Shown here in pieces: positions 1-12,399 of a stretch of DNA of 64,000 bases. The stretch's first letter is position 1. Each line of letters starts with the position of its first letter. The DNA comes from Azolla caroliniana (Eukaryota > Plantae > Polypodiophyta), in assembly GCA_043228905.1 (NCBI GenBank), contig JBHGNT010000020.1, positions 11,408,001 to 11,472,000 of the forward strand, in the 5' to 3' direction. Below the pieces are notes generated by a model. The model was given only the letters and a program-made list of their open reading frames with translations. It searched no databases and was not told the origin of the DNA. A program made the translations under genes and the position numbers.

Positions 1-166
1 TATCTTGTATCTTAGAGGTGCAAGGTTCAAACCTTGCTTGCACCCCTCTGTATGAACTCAAGTGCCACTAGGCTAGGTTTATTTGCTAAGTGCATGTGCA
101 ATGTTGCACATCCTTGGTTTATTCGTCTCACTCGGTTTCACACCGTAGCCAAAAATCGTCACGACA
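1..166 (-). mobile_element. Partial LTR of the TGTCGT-ended gypsy family, inserted into the RNase H region of the neighbouring gypsy element
   Basis: Ends in ...CGTCACGACA (TGTCGTGA on the - strand), like the LTRs at 46945-47591 and 49976-50632. Bases ~10-75 align with those LTRs (GAGGTGCAAGGTTCAAA...CTTGCACCCCTCT). It cuts the upstream ORF just after the RNase H motif FHVFVDA. Orientation inferred from the homologous LTRs. Confidence 0.75.
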
Positions 167-3100
167 GCGCGCTTCCTATTGCTGTGTTCAAGGCGTCGAC
201 GAACACGTGAAATGGTTTCGCCCAAACTGGAGGTTGTACTACGGGGGCCTGTGTAAGCATTATCTTAAGTGCCTCATATGCCTTATCCTCTGTTGCAGTC
301 CATTGAAAAGGAGTCCGATGTACGGCAGCATGTAGTGGCGTGGCGAAGTCCGCCAAATACCGTATCATCCGACTATGCCACCGTATTTGGCCCAAAAACC
401 GGCTAAGTGCTTTGGCATTTGTTGGAGTTTTAGCTTGCGTAATAGCGGTGATCTTGTTTGGGTCGACCGCTATTCCTTCCTTGCTGACTATGTGGCCCAA
501 GAGAGCCCCGCTGGTCACGCCGAATGCACATTTCGCGGGATTCAGGCTTAAGCGTGCAGTGCGACAACGTTCCAGGCAGAGACGTAGGTGCGAGAAATGG
601 TCTTTTGTTCGCCCATATACCGCAAAATCGTCTAAAAAGACTTGCATGAACGCCGGAATATATTCCCCAAAGATCTCTGTAATCGTTCGTTGGAATGTTG
701 TCGGTGTTGTCTTTAGGCTGAACATCATGACGACCACCACATATACTCCCCAGTCCATGACAAATGTCGTCTTCTCCTGGTCGTCAGGGTGCATGTGCAC
801 TTGGTTATAGCCACTGAAGCCATCTAAGAAATTGTACATCTCATGGCTTGTGACGGCGTCCAACACGCTATCAGTGAAGGGTAAGGGAAATGCGTCCATA
901 ATGGTTACGGCGTTTAATTTTCGGTAATCCACGCATACCCGTATTTTGCCGTTTCTCTTTGGGACAACCACTATCGGGCTAAGCCATGTCGCTTGTTTTA
1001 CTGGTCATATGAACCCAGCCCTCAGCAGCTTGTCAATTTCTTCTTTCACGCGGGTTGCGTAATTGGGGTTCATGCGGTAGCGACGCTGCTGGACAGGTTT
1101 CGCGTCTGTTGCTAAATTGATCTTATGCTAATAGAACTTGGGATCTAACCCCTTCATGTCCTCATGAGCCCACGCGAACACATCTTTATATTTTGTGAGT
1201 AGTGCGATCATTGTGGTTCTCTGGTCCGGCCTCAATTCCTTTGCTATGGAGAGGAACCGGGGTTCTGATCCCGTACCCACATTCACTTCGTCGAGAGCGG
1301 AAGTGGTGATCCGTCGTGAAATCTCCATTTCCCTTTCGAAGGACGCCCGTGCTCTGCTGAGTTCCAATATGGACTCTGGCTTTGGTTCGTACGGCTCTTC
1401 GCTTGGAACAATGGCCGTAGTATATTCTGTCGTAGTTGTGATGACACCTATCTCGAACAGTGGAATAATCCGAGGATGTTCGTCAAGGTACGCTTCCAAT
1501 TCGGCATCCTCCACCCCAGCCAGCATAATGATGTCTTCCGCATATAACGGTGTTATCCCCTTAGGTTGGGGCGTGTTGCCTTCCGTAGGCACACGAACCT
1601 TGATGCGTCCCTGCCGAAAACTGATACACTCGTGTTGCCAGCTTTGCTTGATATTTGCTGTCCAAAGCCATGGTCTGCCTAGAAGCACTGGGTACGCTCC
1701 AGGCGCGTCCAAAGCGAGGACGATCGCCAATATGTCGAAGCGGTGTTTGCCCACGATGATGCCTAATTTGCGAATTAGCCCCAACGGCCGCACTGATCGG
1801 GTATCTGCCATGCGAAGCCAGAATGGACACGCCTCCCATTCGGAAATGCCTAGCTGTTCGCAAGTTTTCGTGCTAATCACATTGACGCCTGAGCTGCCGT
1901 CGATTACACATCCATGGACTTCCTGTCCGTGCAATATTACTGTAATGGCCGGGTTGTGCTGATCTACCACTGGTGGTCCCTCGCTGACGTCAGTCAGGTT
2001 TGTGGCAACGCTTGCCCCGGTCATGCCCGCCACCTGTGCTTCCATGGTCTGGCGGAAACGTGGAACTAGCTGTAGCAGTTTTTCCATAGTTAGCGTGATT
2101 TCACAGCCCGTTAACACTTGCCAAATGGGGCCCGGCCCCGTTTTTTCGTTCTCTGTTTGCTTCATTGCATTCGCAGACTCCTGCCTCATACGTTCCGTAT
2201 TGGCCGCGTTTGCTTTTTCCACCCAGCCTTGGGCTTGTCGGTGTACCTCATCCTATGTAGCCCAATCCACCGTTTTCGTTTGATGGCGTGTGGTGACTTG
2301 TTGCACCTCCGTCGTAATCGTGTTGACGGCGGGCCCCTTTCCCTTGCGTGCTGGGCATTGTGTGGCATAATGTCCGGGTTGCTGACAAATAAAACAGTGG
2401 ATGCTTGATTCTCCCTTCTCAGCCCCAGGTGGAGTGTGTCGTTCTCCGGGCGCTACTTGCTCTTCGCGGTCCGGCCTCGTTTGTCGGGACGTACACGGTG
2501 GCTGCTGTTGATCCCGTCGTCGTTCTTGGTGCCGCTCATCCCCCGAGCTTTCGTCGTAATGCCGGTGATGCCTATATTGTCGAGGCTTACCTCGATAGCC
2601 ATTGAAGCCACCCCGTTTGTTCATCGGGCGTTGATGTTCGTATCGCCGGCCTCCTTTGGCGTAACTCGGATGTCCATGATAATCCTCGTCCTCCGGGTCC
2701 TCCTCCTCGGACTCATTGTGATTCCGACGATTCCGGTTGTACCTGTCCTCCCGCGGGTTGCGATCCCTATACCATGGTCGGTCTTCTTGCCTCTTTTGTT
2801 CCACCCGATGTGGTTGCCGTTGTGTGTCCATGCTGCGGACCGCGGGCGTTGCTCTATTTAACATATTGTACTCGCATTGGTCAACTGTGTGAACCTTCGA
2901 GTGGCAGATTGGGCAGTGGATTCGCATATTGCACTCCACTGCGGAATGCCCCGAGTTCAAGCAAATCGTACATTGGATTGCCTGACGAAATTGGCGTTCC
3001 TCATCCTAAGGTAACGCTTGTCGTAAGGATAACATTGAAAACCTTTCCTCGTCATCCAACTCAAGCTGTAACGCTCGTTCAATCACCATATCCGCCATTT

Positions 3101-3554
3101 CCCCTTTCACGCTATTGCTGTTGAGCGTTGCCCTGATGGGCCGGCGTAACGCTGCTAGAAATGTTTCCCATGCCTCCTCCTCCGCAGGGCTTCGATCTAG
3201 TTTTCGTCGTAAATTTTGGAACCGTAAGCTGAAGTCTGCTATTGTTTCGATTGGTAGTTGCTTAATTGTATAAAACTGCCCAAGAATCTCGCGTTGTGGA
3301 ACCCGCCGGTGAAAAAAACGCAAGAAGGCGGACTGGAGCTGATCGAAGGTTGTTATGGCCGGTAAATCCATCTGTGAATGCCAGAACGCCGCACGCCCAT
3401 CTAATGTTAATCCGAACTCCGTCATTTTCGACTGGTGTGCCACCGTCTCGGAAAGGTTCTGTGCCATGTGGTTCGCATTCCAAACGTTCAAGAACATGCA
3501 AACATGAGTTGCGGCGTCGGTTTCGCCGTTAAAGCGAGGGTAGGCAAAGGCCAT
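167..3554 (-). pseudogene. gag-pol polyprotein broken by in-frame stops
   Basis: ORFs 3006-3554, 2253-2960, 1128-2222 and 159-971 are all in one frame, separated by TAG/TGA codons consistent with CAG/CGA deamination. Confidence 0.85.
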
Positions 3555-4247
3555 TGTGGGAGGTATGGCGGATCAGAGAAGGTCATCGGGAGGCTGCGGT
3601 AAGCGTGGTCCCCTCGCCTCGTCGATGGCAGGTATTACTGGGGTCGCCGATGCGTGGCTTTTGCCGAACGCGCTCTTCTGCCTGGCGTGTGACGGACCTT
3701 GTTACTGGCCGGTCTTGTCTTGTTGGTTCTCTGCGTCGTCTGCGGCTAAACATCCATTCGTTGTTGCTCGTCTGTGAGGAAACACAGATCACCGGGCGTG
3801 CCAAAAGTGTTGCCTCTTAGGAAACACAGGCCGTGGTCAGTCCTTCGACCTAGACCCCAAGGTGGGTGTGGAACAACGAACAGAGCTTAATCGTACTACG
3901 TAAGGAGAGAACCTCTGTGACTCCGCTGTGTGTAAGGGGAGACGGCTATAACCGACTCCTTCTCACAGGTTGCGCTTACGTACTACTACGATTACGTATC
4001 CGAGACACAGACACTGAATTAGCCGTAACTATACACAGAAACTCAGAGAAGATAGTATTCTATTATCAGGCATTCTTTTTTACAATTCCCAAAATTTACA
4101 CACACCTCCTTACGAGGTTTTCTGCCCTTTATATATGTAGGGTCTAATTAGCCGTTCACGCGTACCCGCGTGAACCGTTACATACGTTACGCTTTATATA
4201 GTTTCTTATTCCTACGCTTTTGGCCGTCGGTTACTATTCCGGCGGCA
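167..4247 (-). mobile_element. Ty3/gypsy non-chromovirus (Tat/Athila-like) element: 5' LTR, PBS, gag-PR-RT; interrupted at RNase H
   Basis: LTR 3808-4247 (TGCCGCC...GGCAACA on -). PBS TGGCACGCCCGGTG at 3790-3803 (tRNA-Arg-like). Gag, CCHC knuckles (CPICHSKVHTVDQC, CFICQQPGHYATQC), protease (VIDGSSGVN) and RT (RVCVDYRKLN, LDGFSGYNQ, FLDD). Inserted into the copia gag. Confidence 0.9.
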
Positions 4248-5109
4248 TGGCGGAGCACATGAATGCCTTCCAGGGGCTGATCCACCAGGCAACATCATTG
4301 GAAGTACCTCTTGCCGATGAGGTACTAGCGCAACTCCTGCTCGGTTCCCTCCTGGATAGCTGGGAGACGTTGGTTGTCACTTTGGGCAACGCTGGGCCGG
4401 AAGGGAAACGGTTATCCCTAGCAAGAGTGAAGTCGAGCTTGCTAGATGAGGAGGTGCGTCGGAAAGATAAGGATACGAGCTCTGACTCCAAAGCGCTCCT
4501 TACCGAATCGGAACGCGTAAGACATAGAAACCGTAGTCCCCAGAACCGGTGTCGTGAAGAATTTCGGCCATAGGCGGAAACCGGGAAACATTGGCTACAT
4601 TGGTGGGGTGCAGCGTGTGTACGCACCCATGTACATATAGTGTGAATATCGAGGGCGCCTTTATGGCGCCGAAGAGTAGTCAAGTCGGGGCAGACGATCC
4701 CATGTAAGGCGGGATCTGTCCCACATTGTAACGCATCCCTTTCCTTGTTCTATAAAAGGAAGGGAACGCCCTTTGTGAAAGGGTTGCCCATTTTGCATTA
4801 GAGGGTATACCGTTAGGTTTAGAGTTAGTTTCTTCATCTTCTTCTCCTTCGTGTTCGCTTAGGGTTTGCTTCAGCTCATCTCCTGCGCAAGACCCCGCTC
4901 GGCGCGACGAGCCCGTGAGCTCCCCGACGGTGGCTTGGCAGCTGACGACTACTGTAACCTACCTTGGAACGGCTCGAAGCCGGGAATGTATTCTTCTTTT
5001 TATATACATATATACGTTTGCGTCTGTTTGTGTATATTCGCATCTTCGTTGGTGTCGGGTGCTTCCCCTCTCCTGCACTTCCTGTACTTAAGGGTGTGAG
5101 TCGGGTTGG

Positions 5110-5149
<40 letters not shown>

Positions 5150-8100
5150 TGAGTGTGCGTGAGTCGGTGTTAAGCGCTCTCTCTCTCTCTCTCTCTCCCT
5201 TCGGTTGCTTCTGGTGTGCTTCTGGGATGCCCCGAAAACGGTGAAGCATGACTTCCTACGCTCCATCACTCCCTAGTCCAAGACCCCCGTGGTCCCGCCT
5301 TTCTCCACGCACGCGCGTAACAACGCAACACCGGGAAAAGTTGGGGACACGGCCAAAGTCAAGGGGGAGGCCTACTTGCTTCTATTGCGGCAAGCCGGGA
5401 CACTTCCAGAAGAACTGTCGGCATTTTCGAAAAGACAAGGAAACCGACGGTACCGATTCGAAATGGACACCGGACCGGAACGGTAAATACCAGAGGGGGC
5501 CGGACCGGAAGGGAACGACGGCAATCGCGGCAAGTGAAGAAGAGTTGATGCTCATCACCGAGGAGAGTGAGATAAACCTTGTCGGCGACGAGATGACCTG
5601 GGTGGTCGACTCCGGAGTGTCGTTCCACCTTACCCCGGACCGGAAATGCTTCTCATCCTACTCAGCCGGTGATCACGGCTGTGTCCGGATGGGGAATGAA
5701 GGTACATGCCGAATTGTCAGCATAGGAGACGTGTGGTTGACAACGCCAACCGGATGCAAGCTGCTGCTGAAGGATGTCCGACACGTTCCGGAGGTTCGTC
5801 TGAACCTGATATCAGCCGGTCGGCTAGATGATGAAGGCTACACGGGTAGCATCCGGAACGGTGTTATGAAGTTCAACAAAGGGAGCTTGATTGTGGCTCG
5901 GGCCTGGAAGGTAAACACAATGTACCTGATGAATGCCCGGTTATGTCCGGAGGAAGTGAACGTGGCATCTGACACTGCCGGTGAGCTGTGGCACAAAAGG
6001 TTGTGTCACATGACCGAGAAGGGGATGAAGAGGCTTGTAGACGACAACCTCATTCCAGTGAAGAACGTGCACTTGGAGAAGTGCACTAACTGTCTGGCCG
6101 GTAAGCAAAACCGGACCTCTTTCCGACCAAGACCACCAATGAGACGTAATGCACCATTGGAGTTGGTGCATACTGATGTGTGTCAAGTGCACACGAAGTC
6201 ACATGCAGGATCACAGTACTTCGTAACGTTCATAGATGACCATAGCCGGAAGCTGTGGGCCACACCGTTGAAGACGAAGGATCAGGTGTTATCCGTCTTC
6301 AAAGAGCTCCACGCGAGAGTGGAAAGAGAAACCGGTCGGAAGCTGAAGGCGATTCGAGCAGATAACGGAGGTGAATACCGGGGGCAATTCGAGGAGTACT
6401 GTCGCTCAAAGGGAATCCTGCTCGAATTTACCATGCCGAAGATGCCGGAACTAAACGGGTTGGCCGAGAGGATGAACCGGACCATAATGGAGAGGGTCCG
6501 GAGTATGTTGGCACATGCAAAACTACCCAAGAAGTTTTGGGCTGAGGCATTGTCGACGGCGACATATGTGATAAACAGATCACCCTCAGTACCCTTGGAC
6601 GGAGACACGCCACAGAGAGTCTGGACCGGTAAGGAAGTGTCCTACCGGCATCTGAAGGTATTCAGGTGTCTCGCGTACGTGCATGTAGCTAAGGACCGGA
6701 GAGGAAAGTTGGATCCAAAGACCCGGCCATGCATATTCCTCGGTTACGGCGACGATGAGTTCGGCTACCGAGTGTGGGACCTAGTCGACAAGAAGGTATT
6801 CTGGAGTCGAGATATTATCTTCATGGAGGACAAGACGCTCGCCGACTGGGAGTCGGAGAAGAAGATAATGAACTCCGAGTTGACCGGTAATGATCGATTC
6901 TACGATGAGCAGATCCAACCGACAAGAGACCGGTTAGCACTCGAGGAACTAGCCGGTTATGGTGAGGATACCGAACCGGTAGAAGAAGAAGTAGAGGAAG
7001 CTGGAACCGGAACTGGCCAAGACCCCGAATCGGATTCGGAGGAAGAGCAAATGGAGGAGCCGGTTACCGAAGCCCAAAGACGGAGATATCCTCTCAGAGA
7101 GAGAAGGCCCCCCCGGAGATTTCCGGATGTAGAGCATGTGCTGCTAACCGATGAGGGGGAGCCAAAAAGCTTCGAAGAAGCGAAGGATGAGACCCACAAC
7201 CGCAAATGGTTAAGTGCCATGCAGGATGAGATGGATTCCCTGCATGAGAACCATACGTACGAATTGGTGGAGTTGCCAAAAGGAAAGCGGGCACTCCGAA
7301 ACAAGTGGGTGTACAAGTTGAAACCGGGAGATGCCGGCAACCCCCTGAGATACAAAGCCAGGATCGTGGTGAAGGGGTTCCAACAGAAGAAGGGCGTGGA
7401 CTTCGACGAGATATTTGCCCCGGTAGTAAAGATGACCTCCATCCGGACGGTGCTGAGTATAGCGGCAAGCATGGACCTCGAGGTAGAGCAACTAGACGTG
7501 AAGACGACATTCCTTCACGGTGACCTCGAAGAGGAGATCTACATGCAGCAACCGGAAGGATTCGTGGAGAAAGGGAAGGAGCACCTGGTTAGCCGGTTGA
7601 AGGAAAGCCTCTATGGGTTGAAGCAGGCCCCCCCGAGAATGGTACCGGAAGTTCAACTCCTTCATGACAGATCAAGTGTACCACAAGACGCAGGCCGATC
7701 ACTGCGTGTTTGTGAAGAAGTTCGAAGGAGATGACTTCCTGATACTCCTTCTATACGTGGATGACATGTTGATTGTCGGACGGGACCAAGCCAAAATACA
7801 GATGCTGAAGAAGGCTCTGAACCGGACCTTCTCAATGAAAGACTTGGGTCCGGCAAGACAGATGCTGGGGATGCATATCATCCGGAACCGGCCAGTGAAG
7901 CAACTGTGGCTATCACAGGAGAAATACGTGACAAAGGTGCTTCAGCGGTTCAACATGTCAGATGCGAAACCGGTCGGATCGACACTTCCGGCAAATTGCA
8001 GGTTATCCGGTAAGCAAAGCCCGAAGACGAAAACAGAGAAGGCGGATATGATGAAGGTTCCATATGCCTCTGCCGTCGGGAGCTTAATGTACGCAATGGT

Positions 8101-9426
8101 TTGTACCCGACCGGATATAGGATACGCAGTCGGAGTAGTGAGCCGGTTTATGAGCAATCCCGGCAAGGAGCACTGGAACGTGGTCAAATGGATACTCCGG
8201 TACTTAAAGGGCACTTCGAACATGTGTCTCCGATTCGGCTCCAGTAAACCTCAACTTGACGGTTTTACCGACTTGGACATGTCGGCTGATGTGGATACCA
8301 GCCGATCTACATCCGGGTACGTAATGACATATGCAGGGGGAGTTATTTCGTGGCAGTCGAGGCTGTAGAAGACGGTTGCGTTGTCAACTGCGGAGGCGAA
8401 GTACATGGCGGCTGTGGAAGCCGGCAAGGAAATATTATGGATGAAGGACTTCATCGAAGAGCTCGGTATCCGGCAAGATGAATACCGGCTCTATTGCGAC
8501 AGTCAAAGTGCCATCCACCTTGCTAAGAATGCGGCCTACCATTCCCGGACAAAGCATATCCAGCGTAGGTATCACTGGATCCGGAAAAGAGTAGATGACC
8601 AGGAGTTCGCGCCGACGAAGATCCACACGGCCAATAACGGGTCAGATATGCTCACCAAAGTATTGACACTTGACAAGCTGGATGCATGTTGGAAGCGGGT
8701 CGGACTAGTAAGACATCCCATGCCGGAGTGAAGGGGGAGTTTGTTAGGAAACAGGTCCCTCCGGATGGGAAGTCAGAAGAACAGTACTGATGAGCAAACT
8801 CGCCCGAGGCCGAAACCGGATGAGGAATACCCAGCTACGAAAGACCCGGTGAGAACCGGATGAGGAGTACCCAGAAACGGAAGACCCGGTGAGAACCGGA
8901 TGACGAGTACCCAACAAGCGCCAGATAATGCAGGCTTGGTGAGGAGTGCTCACCGAATGAAGAGACATATTCGTAAATATGTTTCTGAGAGTCCATCGTG
9001 GCTATATTTGTAAATAGCCGAAAAGTCATATTAGTATAAATATGACTTAGGGCAAACTTTTTGTAAGAGAGTGCGATAGTGTTGTTGTCATTCTTGTTGG
9101 TGCAAGACTTGAGAGCGCAACTGTGTACAAAGAGAGAGAGAGAGAGAAAGAGACGAAGAGTTCGTATCTCTGTTGTAACCGCCGCTTGTGGCGAAGATAG
9201 CAAGCTCAAGGTCGTTGCCTCGGTGCTTCACTATTGTACAATATGATATAGTGATAGTTTGCAGTCTGTGGGCTGCCGTGGTTTTTCCCTAGTTTGGGTT
9301 TTCCATGCTAACATCCTTTGTACTCCTCTCTCCATTGTGTCATGCTTTCATTTCCCGTTTTTTGTGTATGATTCTAAGCTCGGTTGTGGCCGAGCGTTGC
9401 GCATAGGGAGCATGCAGTTCCTGTCA
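4248..9426 (+). mobile_element. Ty1/copia element, copy 1 (5' part displaced by the gypsy insertion); 3' LTR 8742-9426
   Basis: Gag fragment 4248-4549 matches copy 2 from ~52811. CCHC knuckle, protease WVVDSG, integrase (HTDVC...DNGGEY), RT YVDD, RNase H (CDSQSAI). PPT GAAGGGGGAG then TG...CA LTR. Frameshift near 7630 and stop at 8366-8368. Confidence 0.95.
4550..5330. mobile_element. Solo LTR (781 bp) inside the copia gag, with 4-bp CCGG target-site duplication
   Basis: TGTCGTGAAG...CGCAACA flanked by CCGG at 4546-4549 and 5331-5334. Removing it restores the gag seen in copy 2 (CAGAACCGGG...). TATA-like CTATAAAAG near 4750 and (GT)n/(CT)n tracts. Confidence 0.85.
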
Positions 9427-11364
9427 GTTAGCATTCCCATCTACCATTTCGTGCAAAGGTATTCATATGGAGAGTCATGATTGGTAAGCTCCCATTAGGT
9501 TCGACCTTAAAGAGACGAGGACTAGGGTCTGGCATTTTTTTGCACCGTTCCATTGGAGGATAGTACACATAGGTTCATTAAATGTCCTATAGTGTGTACC
9601 ATTTGGAAGTACTTATGAGACATTTGACAAGTTTTAACCCATTGTTGTTTGAGACCTGAACAATAGTTTTTTTCTCAATATGTTCAAAATGGTTCAAATG
9701 ATGAGATGGAGATATTGTTCGATTTTTTACGTTATTGGGGACTACAACACAATTGGAATATGCGTAATGCTTTCGTGTTTGATAATAGACATGGGGTGAA
9801 AGCCTATATAAAGAAGCTGAAAGGTATTCTCATATGGAATTTTTTGATGTGGGGATCATTTCCTCAAATGCATATTCAGGTTTTTTAATGGCATTACAGG
9901 ACATCCCTCTCCCTACATAGGCATATGATAGGTAGAGCTAACTAAGAAGTGTCATAACTAAGTGGATTTTACATACAATTAATATAATTGTGTGCTTTTA
10001 CCAGAGAGAGAGAGAGAGAGAAATTGTGGGTCGATTGGTATTATTAGGGTCAAACAATGTTTTTACAAGTGACTATTAATCTCTTGTATCATTGCTTTGT
10101 TGAATCTCTTTGATAACTATCATCTAAGGTTAAACAATAATGGAAAATATATAATTCTAATTATGGATGTTGACATTTCTTAAAACGTAGTTGGCATTCT
10201 AAATTGTCACTTATAGTGAAGGTCTTCATTTGGAGAGTTTTGATTTGTGGTTTGCCTTTGGGATTAGCTTTGAAGCAATGTGGACTAGCAACGAGAAATT
10301 GCTTATTTTGCATTGTTCAAGTAAAAGTTAGTACTCATTGTTTCATACAATGTACGATTGCTTGTTAGATTTGAAGTTACATTTCTCAAATTTGGCAAGT
10401 TCTATCATGACATTATTTGATGGAAAGACAATGGGTGTTTGCACAATTCACACAAGGTCGACCCTAAATCAGAGCTGGAGATCATTTTCCTATTTTTGTA
10501 GTATTGGAGATTGTGTCATAGTTGGGATATGCACAATGCTTTTGTATTTGATGGTAGCCATGGAGTCAAATATATATATACAAAAGTTGAAGGGAGTACT
10601 AATATGACAATTTCCTTTATTGGAGCAAGTAGAAATTATTTCCTCGGTGGAATGTTAATGTTGAGAGTCTATTGCTAATCAATAGACAAAATAAAAGCAA
10701 AAGAAGGGTGAATAGATTGGATAGAAGAATCTGATCCACCTAGCCACCCTTGAGCTATGATTAAAACATAACCAAACTACATGCACAAACATTATGTACC
10801 AGTGGATATTAGGATGATTTGTACCTTGGAATAAGTAACACAATCGTCACGACGAAAGCCTACCACCACTAGTGTTTGAAGACTTCAACATTTTGTTGCA
10901 ATGTGTTTTATGGGGATAGTGACACGTCATATTTATAATTTTGCCTAGGCCCCTTGAATAGATGTGCTTTTCTAAAGGACTCTCAATTCACTTATTGTCA
11001 AGATCATGATAATGCATGCCCATATCATTCATTCTATCAAAATATTAGTGAACATACCCTTCACTTATGTTTTGCAAAGATTAGTGACCTACCCTCACGC
11101 ACCATTCCTTTTATCCAATCACATTCCTCCCTAACATTAGTGAACATACCATTCACTTACGTTTTGTAAATATATCAGTGACCTACCCTCACCTATGTTA
11201 TGTGTACATAACAGTTCATCTGTCTATTGGCAATTCCACATTTTCCACTACTCATGTAGTGGCGATCATATGTATTCCATCATGATATCCATGGTAGTAT
11301 TTTTCACGCACATTTTTTAATATAATTTGTGTGTTTTCACTAAAGAGATAGAGATAGAGATAGA

Positions 11365-12135
11365 TAGGAATCAACAACGGTTCGGTTTAGGCTTAACCGG
11401 TTTGTCTTGGATAAGGTCAAACCTGTTAAGCCTAAACCGTTTTGGGGTTGTCAAACTTGAACCAAACCGATCCCTAAACCGGTTTGGGACGAAAAAGCTT
11501 TAGAGGTGTGAAGAAACCCAAAGAACACCACTACCACTTCTCTTCTTTTCCTCCTTGTAACTCCCACCCCCTTGGCATCCCCATCCTTCTCCAAATTTGA
11601 CATGCCCCCCCACCCTCCCATCTTCCTTTGTAGTTTGCTACCACCCAACCCTTTCCGGACCTCAATACCGCCCCACCTTCAGGTCGAGCTCGCCGTGTCC
11701 TAGGTCCTAGGTCAAACTCAAGAGAGAATTTGGAACTGACATTTCACCTATATGTATAGAAAGAAAGCATATAACAGCAAGGAGGAGGTCCACTATGCAG
11801 GCTCCCTCTCCCTCTCTGTCCACTAAGCAAGCTCCCTCTCCTTCTCTGTTCCTCCCTCTCTCGTTACTCAACAATCTATTGCCTATGGCTTCCTGTCAGT
11901 CTCTCTCTCAACTTTCAAATTCTAACTTCTAACTTCTAACTTCTCACTGTCTTATTTCTAACTTTCTAAACCCGAATGATTAAACGGCTTAAACGATTTG
12001 AGCCGGTTTGGCAATGTTCAAGCTGAGCCAAGCCGAGCTCAAACTGTTTAGGTAGGCTCAAGCCTAAACCGAGCTGAGTTGAGCCACGAAGCCGCTAAAT
12101 GGTTTAGGCTTGAGCCGAGCTGTTGCCGATCCCTA
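11365..12135. mobile_element. Non-autonomous hAT-like element (MITE)
   Basis: Degenerate ~30-bp TIRs (TAGGAATCAACAACGGTTCGG / TAGGGATCGGCAACAGCTCGG on -, differing only by transitions). Dense AAACCG/GAGCCG subterminal motifs. Imperfect 8-bp TSD GAGATAGA/GAGATAAG. Confidence 0.7.
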
Positions 12136-12289
12136 GAGATAAGAGGGAGAGAGACCATGAAATACATATATGTACATACGTATAAGTACTAAGTAGTGAC
12201 AAAAGAGGAAGGATGGATATATCATATACATATGTAGGGCCAAAAACGGGTTGGGGCTATATTTGTAAATTAGGCATAAATGAAGGGCC

Positions 12290-12399
12290 AGGAAAATACA
12301 GAGCTATCTTTTCTTTCCTTCTCATTTCCTCCCATCCCTCCCGGATCCATCGAAGCTCGCCATCGTTTCTTCATTTCTCTCGTTCCTTCAATCGCACAG
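12290..12399 (+). other. Probable non-coding first exon (5' UTR) of the LPEAT gene
   Basis: CT-rich leader ending at the strong donor CAG|GTAAGA (12399/12400), followed by a ~1.6-kb T-rich intron. Start position approximate. Confidence 0.5.

Noticed and set aside
5248-5330. N-terminus of the 828-aa ORF as the native copia start
   Set aside because: The ATG and first ~28 codons come from the inserted solo LTR; the fusion is fortuitous.
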